From Planctomycetota bacterium (GTDB taxonomy: Bacteria > Planctomycetota > UBA8108 > SXIK01): DNA of 64,000 nt. Every line of letters begins with the position of its first letter. The stretch's first letter is position 1. The translations under genes were made by a program, and so were the position numbers. The stretch is taken from NCBI GenBank assembly GCA_965223845.1, contig CBDCXR010000004.1, forward strand, positions 1,408,001 to 1,472,000, given 5' to 3'. A model generated the notes under the pieces. It worked only from the letters and a program-made list of their open reading frames with translations. It ran no database searches and was not told where the DNA came from. Shown here one piece after another: positions 60,001-64,000 of this stretch.

Positions 60001-60887
60001 CAGCGACCGGACTCGCTCTCCTCGCCTTTCTCGGTCACGGCGATTCGCACCTCGAAGTCGGGCCGCGTCGAGAGGCCGTCGCACGCGGACTAGCATGGCT
60101 GCTCCGCGTCCAGCGCCCGAACGGCGACCTCCGCGGCGGCGGCAACCTCTACGTCCACGGAATCGCCGCGTTCGCGCTCTGCGAGGCGTACGCATTCACG
60201 CGCGACCCGAATCTTCGCGATCCGGCGCAGCGAGCGATTGACTTTACGGTTGCGAGTCAGCATCCCGGGAAGGGAGGGTGGCGTTACGAGCCACACCCCC
60301 GGAGCGGAGAGGTCGACACGAGCGTCTTCGGTTGGATGCTGATGGCACTGAAGAGCGGACGGCTCGGTGGCCTCGACGTCGATGACGACTGCTTGCGCCG
60401 AGGGGCGGCGTATCTCGACAGTGTGCGCTTTGGGCGCGCGGGAGGACGCTATCGCTATCAACCGGGAAGGACGCGATCATCCCTCGCGATGACGGCTCAG
60501 GGGTATTTCTCGCATCTCATGCTCGCCGACACGCTGCTCGAGGGCGAGAGCCGATCGGCCGAAGCGATCCTTCGCGCCGAGAGGGAATCCGCCGAATTTC
60601 TCGTCCAGAACCTGCCGCGCGCAGAGGACATGGAAGGCGTCAACTTCTACTACTGGTACTACGCGACGCTCGCGATGTTCCAAACCGGCGGTGAACCGTG
60701 GCGCGTTTGGAACGAAAACCTGACGCGCGTACTCCTCGAGCACCAGGTTGGGGACGAGCACGGGTCGGCGCACGGGAGTTGGGATCCTCGCGGCTACCGC
60801 GCGGAGATCGGCGGGCGCGTGTACTCGACGGCGCTCAGTATTCTCTGTCTGGAGGTCTACTACCGGTACGCTCGACTCGAGCGCTGA
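57036..60887 (+). CDS. Multidomain membrane protein: TM + PD40 propeller + 2 TM + long low-complexity linker + prenyltransferase/squalene-cyclase-like toroid
   Basis: PD40 repeats (FSADGERLYFYSNREGGLGGYDIW, NLGPAVNS); TM AVLLH; Ala/Pro/Glu/Arg-rich linker; GLDWLVRHQSPDGRW, GGWRY, YYWYY, GGRVYSTALSILCLEVYYRY. Confidence 0.85.
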   Translation: MGSDRKSTQRSRNGSRIRWGWLGIAAIAVAVALPFIVHRTMSYYTDGDRLREDADLAEDALRSILWEPSRPLEPLLSSPQSDEYEPRVSPFGDELIFTRRRPGQNADLWSSVRRRGRWMEPRPVDGVNTDADELGAAFSADGERLYFYSNREGGLGGYDIWSSRREDDGSWGPATNLGPAVNSPWNEMSPAPDDRRRRLFFTSDRRAGAETSPPWTATIRARLNAAEYDIYVARRPNESTADGGGGNSADETDASELAFAPAEPFSALNRPGSAEGAVAVSPLDDFLYFSSNRHGGEGGFDLYRVRINREEPGPIESLGPQVNTTSDEIDPALATGGYELYFARAVDGQEDLFVSLSREVYMDRESGDPYWSIGAVLRFLSELLRLIPFDVLAFLVCLLLAALLYALVRKLLRRPSLLLRALLVAVLLHLCTALWMHRHDVERMLFDGVADEEEFDAFEVTVEGLPEESVGVAIREATASPLESEEHVALALSRERPEEADREAAEGSTPEPLAPEFTAGEVRDLPPPEFAATALADAELPDAPLRGSEPRSDIAAAAEDDAAPEIAAQSVTPEESAAPASVTRLESPSRRSVRDRTSGEGVGEEFAPLAVEVNIAARSAPEGAPRATVPRASPSVATRATAPPDVSTATAPPRRSRSEAPSPPSPIASVAPRPGPAPTASAPRLESRRRGVRRDAEDERPRALDSLAPRLERREDARQRLPRAADLPRVARRLDERSRAEAASQAASALERAPSRRDRVELAVPSSPSTVRTEPAPTLTRETLARTEEDTLPSTPKGSEVAARDEGATVASARAAESNPSSQVKLRRDRRRRASRDPHRELRSLGVRARTATAPLDRSKPAPATSREELAAKVELPKPSASVATPIVTRIRPAEPERERPQIYELRAKDRRETALARGGGSERTERAVEDGLDWLVRHQSPDGRWRLDRYTDHLPSTSLRDLQHPGWNGRGRTSSRGGRGKAAKGDAAATGLALLAFLGHGDSHLEVGPRREAVARGLAWLLRVQRPNGDLRGGGNLYVHGIAAFALCEAYAFTRDPNLRDPAQRAIDFTVASQHPGKGGWRYEPHPRSGEVDTSVFGWMLMALKSGRLGGLDVDDDCLRRGAAYLDSVRFGRAGGRYRYQPGRTRSSLAMTAQGYFSHLMLADTLLEGESRSAEAILRAERESAEFLVQNLPRAEDMEGVNFYYWYYATLAMFQTGGEPWRVWNENLTRVLLEHQVGDEHGSAHGSWDPRGYRAEIGGRVYSTALSILCLEVYYRYARLER

Positions 60888-61053
60888 CCGAGTCTCGTTT
60901 TTGGCCGCGCCCGAGTTCTCGACTCCGAACCCGGACCCGCGGCTCGACTCGAATCCGAACGCCGACGACCTCGGCAGAGCGAGTCGAAATCGCGACCGAG
61001 CGGATCGCGCCCTCTCGCGGCCGAGCCGGAATCGCCGGAAGGCCCGCGCTCGC

Positions 61054-62958
61054 CTAGAAGCGCCGGCGCCGCGGTGCGCGCGAACCGAGCCAGCCTTCGC
61101 GCCGCTCCGCTGCGTCGGCATCGAGAACCTTGCCGCGGGCTTCGAAGGTCACGAGTTCGAGGCGGGGATCTTCGGCGAGAACGATCTCCCCCGAGCGGCG
61201 CTCGCCGCGCTGAACGAACTCTATGGGGATGCGATCTCCCGGTGAGCGCTCGGCGACGAGGTCACGGAGCGCGTCGGGATCCTTCACGGAAGTCCCGCCG
61301 GCGCGGACGATCGTGTCTCCTCGTTCGACGCCCGCACGATAGAGAGGAGACCCGACGCGAGTTGCGCTGAGGACGCGGAGTCCGTCATCCGCGGCGTCGA
61401 GCCGGGCGAAACCGATGAATGCGCGTCCGGCGTGTCGTCTCCCGAGCTCGAGCCCGAAGGCCGCGAGGAGAGGAGTGTAGTCGATCACTTCACGGCCGTA
61501 CACGAAGCGCGCGAAGAATCGTTTGGCAAAGGTCGAATCGCCCGTCAGCTCGCCGAGGATCCGTTCGAGGTCTTCGTTTCGGTACGGGATCTCCTCGACG
61601 CCGTGCTTCCGCCACACCGCGCGCAGATAGGCGTCGAGCGTCGCCGGGGCGTGCTCCGTTCGAAGGAGGAGATCGAGTCCCAGCGCGATCGCCGCGCCGT
61701 GCGTGTAGTACGAAAGAAACGTGTTCACAAAATTGTGCCGATCGATCGAAGTCGCAGCATCGACCAGCGGCGCCTGGAGACTCATTTCGACGGCGGAATG
61801 GTAGCGCGTCGCGGGGGAGAGGAGGACTCGCTCGATGGTCCGTCCGAAGCTCGCTGCGAGCGCGTCGAGCGACAGTTGGCCGGCGCGGTGTGCGGTCAGT
61901 CGATCGAAGTAGCTCGTGAATCCCTCGGCGAACCAGAGCTCTCCGCAGGGGTTGGCGCGCTCGAAGCGAAAGGGCTCGATCGAGGCCGGACGGATGCGCT
62001 CGACGTTCCACGCATGAAAGAATTCGTGAGAGAGCGTGAGGAGAAGCTGCGCCGCGTTTCCTTCGAGCGGTCGGCTGCTCGTGAGGATCGTCGAGTTGCG
62101 ATGCTCCATGCCGTCGCCGCTCGCGTAGGGATGGTAGTCGGCGATGAAGGTGTACCGCCCTCCCTCGAAGCGCGGGAGCTCGCCGAAGATCGCGATCTGC
62201 TCACGGACGACGGCCTCTGCCGCGCGAGCGTAGTCGACGACCGCCTGCGGTGTGCCGGGATGGTGCACGGCGAGACGGATTTCCTGTCGGTTGTCGCCCT
62301 CTCCTGCGTGAAACGAGTGCACATGGTGCGCACTCACTTCGGTGGGGCTATCGAGAAAGTAGTCGAGGTCGGGGGCCGTGAAGACTTCCGGATCGCCGGT
62401 GGGGAGAAGCTGCGTGGCGACTCGCCACTCGGGAACCGGACGGCGAAAGCGAATCCGTATCGCGCGCTCTTCCGTGCCTCCGATCCATGCGAACGTGGCG
62501 GGCATGTTGAGATGCGCGTGATTCGAGTCGATCGCGGCGTACGTGCCGTCGCAGCGATCGCCGAAGAGCGTGTAGCGAACCGTTAGCGTGCCGTCATGAC
62601 CGCCGGCTATCGTCCAGCGGTAAGTTCCGTCGCGCGTGACGGCGAGCGGTCGATCGTTGCCGTCGGTCGCCCTCACCGAGTACACGTTCTTCACGAATTC
62701 GTGGAGCGCGTAGCGTCCGGGTGAGCTTCGGCTCATGTGAAGCTTTGCCGGCCCCTCCGGAAGCGCGCTCACGCGAATCGCGACCTCTGCTTCGTGGTGG
62801 GCGCGATTCGGAAAGGCGATCGAGTATTCGATCGGCTCCGAGGCGAGCAGCGAGGGAGCGATCAGTGCCGCCAGCGCAGTCGCCCATCGCACGACCGCTC
62901 GGGGCCGATGGGGGCGCCTCTCGCACGGAGGCTGGAGTCGATTCGGTAGGCGAGACAT
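61054..62958 (-). CDS. M61 family glycyl aminopeptidase with C-terminal PDZ
   Basis: SPGRY, LDSP, GMEHRNST, HEFFHAWN, WFAEGFTSY, SYY, PDZ GSP..AGV..GD. Confidence 0.92.
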   Translation of the reverse strand: MSRLPNRLQPPCERRPHRPRAVVRWATALAALIAPSLLASEPIEYSIAFPNRAHHEAEVAIRVSALPEGPAKLHMSRSSPGRYALHEFVKNVYSVRATDGNDRPLAVTRDGTYRWTIAGGHDGTLTVRYTLFGDRCDGTYAAIDSNHAHLNMPATFAWIGGTEERAIRIRFRRPVPEWRVATQLLPTGDPEVFTAPDLDYFLDSPTEVSAHHVHSFHAGEGDNRQEIRLAVHHPGTPQAVVDYARAAEAVVREQIAIFGELPRFEGGRYTFIADYHPYASGDGMEHRNSTILTSSRPLEGNAAQLLLTLSHEFFHAWNVERIRPASIEPFRFERANPCGELWFAEGFTSYFDRLTAHRAGQLSLDALAASFGRTIERVLLSPATRYHSAVEMSLQAPLVDAATSIDRHNFVNTFLSYYTHGAAIALGLDLLLRTEHAPATLDAYLRAVWRKHGVEEIPYRNEDLERILGELTGDSTFAKRFFARFVYGREVIDYTPLLAAFGLELGRRHAGRAFIGFARLDAADDGLRVLSATRVGSPLYRAGVERGDTIVRAGGTSVKDPDALRDLVAERSPGDRIPIEFVQRGERRSGEIVLAEDPRLELVTFEARGKVLDADAAERREGWLGSRAPRRRRF

Positions 62959-63142
62959 AGCGAAGAACTCTCAACGAAGTCCGAACTCTACCACGAGCGA
63001 ATCGATCCTGCGCCTCGACTTTTTCGGCCCCTGCTCGCGGGAGGTGGAGACTGAAAGTTGAAGGTCGACGCGGCGCGATTCCGAGAATACCGGTGATCAG
63101 GATCTCGCCCGCGTGACCTACGACCGAGAGGAACCAAGAATC

Positions 63143-63565
63143 ATGCCGAAGCGAACCAAACCCCACTCCCCGAAATCCGCCGCGACCCTTGCGGCGTCCG
63201 ATCCGCCCGCTAGCACCCGCGGCGAATCGCGCGAGCGTCTTCAGATCCACTACGAGAAGAGCTCACAGTTCCGCACGGTCTACATGACCGGTGCGATTGG
63301 CGGCGTCACGCCGGACGGAACGATCCGAGCCGCGCTGTACAACCAGCGCCTCCCGCTTCCGCGGCGAACACTGAGCGAAATGAGCGACGGCCGCGCGTTC
63401 GAGATTCCCGAGGAACGTGAAGTCGATTCAGGTTTCGTGCGCGAGATCGAAGCCGACGTCGTCATGGACCTCACGACGGCGAAGTCGTTTCGCGACTGGC
63501 TGAGCCACCGGATCCACCAGCTCGAAAACGCGATCGCGACACCGAGCGGACCGGATCGGCAGTAG
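63143..63565 (+). CDS. Hypothetical protein (DUF3467-like)
   Basis: GAGGA RBS; FRTVY..GA.GG.TP.G, REIEADVVM...AKSF.DWL. Confidence 0.6.
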   Translation: MPKRTKPHSPKSAATLAASDPPASTRGESRERLQIHYEKSSQFRTVYMTGAIGGVTPDGTIRAALYNQRLPLPRRTLSEMSDGRAFEIPEEREVDSGFVREIEADVVMDLTTAKSFRDWLSHRIHQLENAIATPSGPDRQ

Positions 63566-63919
63566 ATCGCACCCGGACAGGCGCTCTCGCGGCAATCGCC
63601 AGCCGCGATGCCCGTACGAAACGGTCCATCTTCTGGACACCTATCCGTTGCGGGTCGATCGGCCGCGTTGAACGGCGGACGACGCTCGGTCCGCGTTCGG
63701 ACCGCGCGGTGATGGAGGGATTCGACCGCACCCGAGTCTCGTCGGCGACGGCCGGCGGCTCAGGTGGAGCTCGAACTTTGACCGTCGAGCTCCACCGCGC
63801 CCGTTGGGATCGTCCGGCGATCTCGTAGAATGACCGTCGATCCGCCGCCCTGCGGGCGCGTCGCAGCGACGGGACGCGATCGCAACGCTCAGCGAAAACG
63901 ACGAGGAATCACGCGAACG

Positions 63920-64000
63920 ATGATGGATCTTGCTATCGAACTCCGGGCTCGGCGGATCGAAGTCGTGCGCCTCGGACTCTTCTGCGGGCTCACTTTCGCG
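63920..64000 (+). CDS. Possible start of a gene running off the window
   Basis: GAGGA upstream; MMDLAIELRARRIEVVRLGLFCGLTFA resembles a signal peptide. Confidence 0.3.
   Translation, partial: MMDLAIELRARRIEVVRLGLFCGLTFA

Noticed and set aside
59750-60887. Calling the C-terminal domain a squalene-hopene cyclase
   Set aside because: Single toroid, no DxDD motif, no hopanoid genes nearby and predicted periplasmic location
60900-61050. Short CTCGACTC/CCGAAC repeats between convergent genes
   Set aside because: Only two or three short imperfect copies with no regular spacing; not a CRISPR array

Overview
GC-rich bacterial chromosomal segment, most likely from a Planctomycetota-type organism (inferred from the ECF-sigma/Ser-Thr kinase pair, secreted proteins with a C-terminal 'FRRGD-N-DG' dockerin-like tail, and a prenyltransferase-like toroid protein beside exbBD). 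It is mostly densely coding housekeeping and metabolic DNA: glgB, a his operon, thiI/yajL/queE, glpD, typA, SMUG1-type UDG, aguBA, ctlX-like/arcA, an acyl-CoA ligase, an M61 peptidase and an initiator tRNA-Met. I saw no integrase, transposase, rRNA or CRISPR array. The best candidates for new biology are four. (1) A TPR-ExbB-ExbD operon whose fourth gene looks like a TonB/TolA-like transducer (His-containing TM helix, very long low-complexity linker) with a fused PD40 propeller and a prenyltransferase/squalene-cyclase-like alpha/alpha toroid in place of TonB_C. (2) An apparently complete ribosome-mediated His attenuator (promoter, long 8-His leader ORF, antiterminator, terminator) ahead of a his operon containing a HisD-HisC fusion. 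(3) Three tandem secreted DUF4139-like paralogues. (4) Decay scars (tRNA-Arg-like 3' half, trpS pseudogene) flanking a block of ECF/STK and secreted-protein genes. All family calls come from motif recognition by eye, not database searches.
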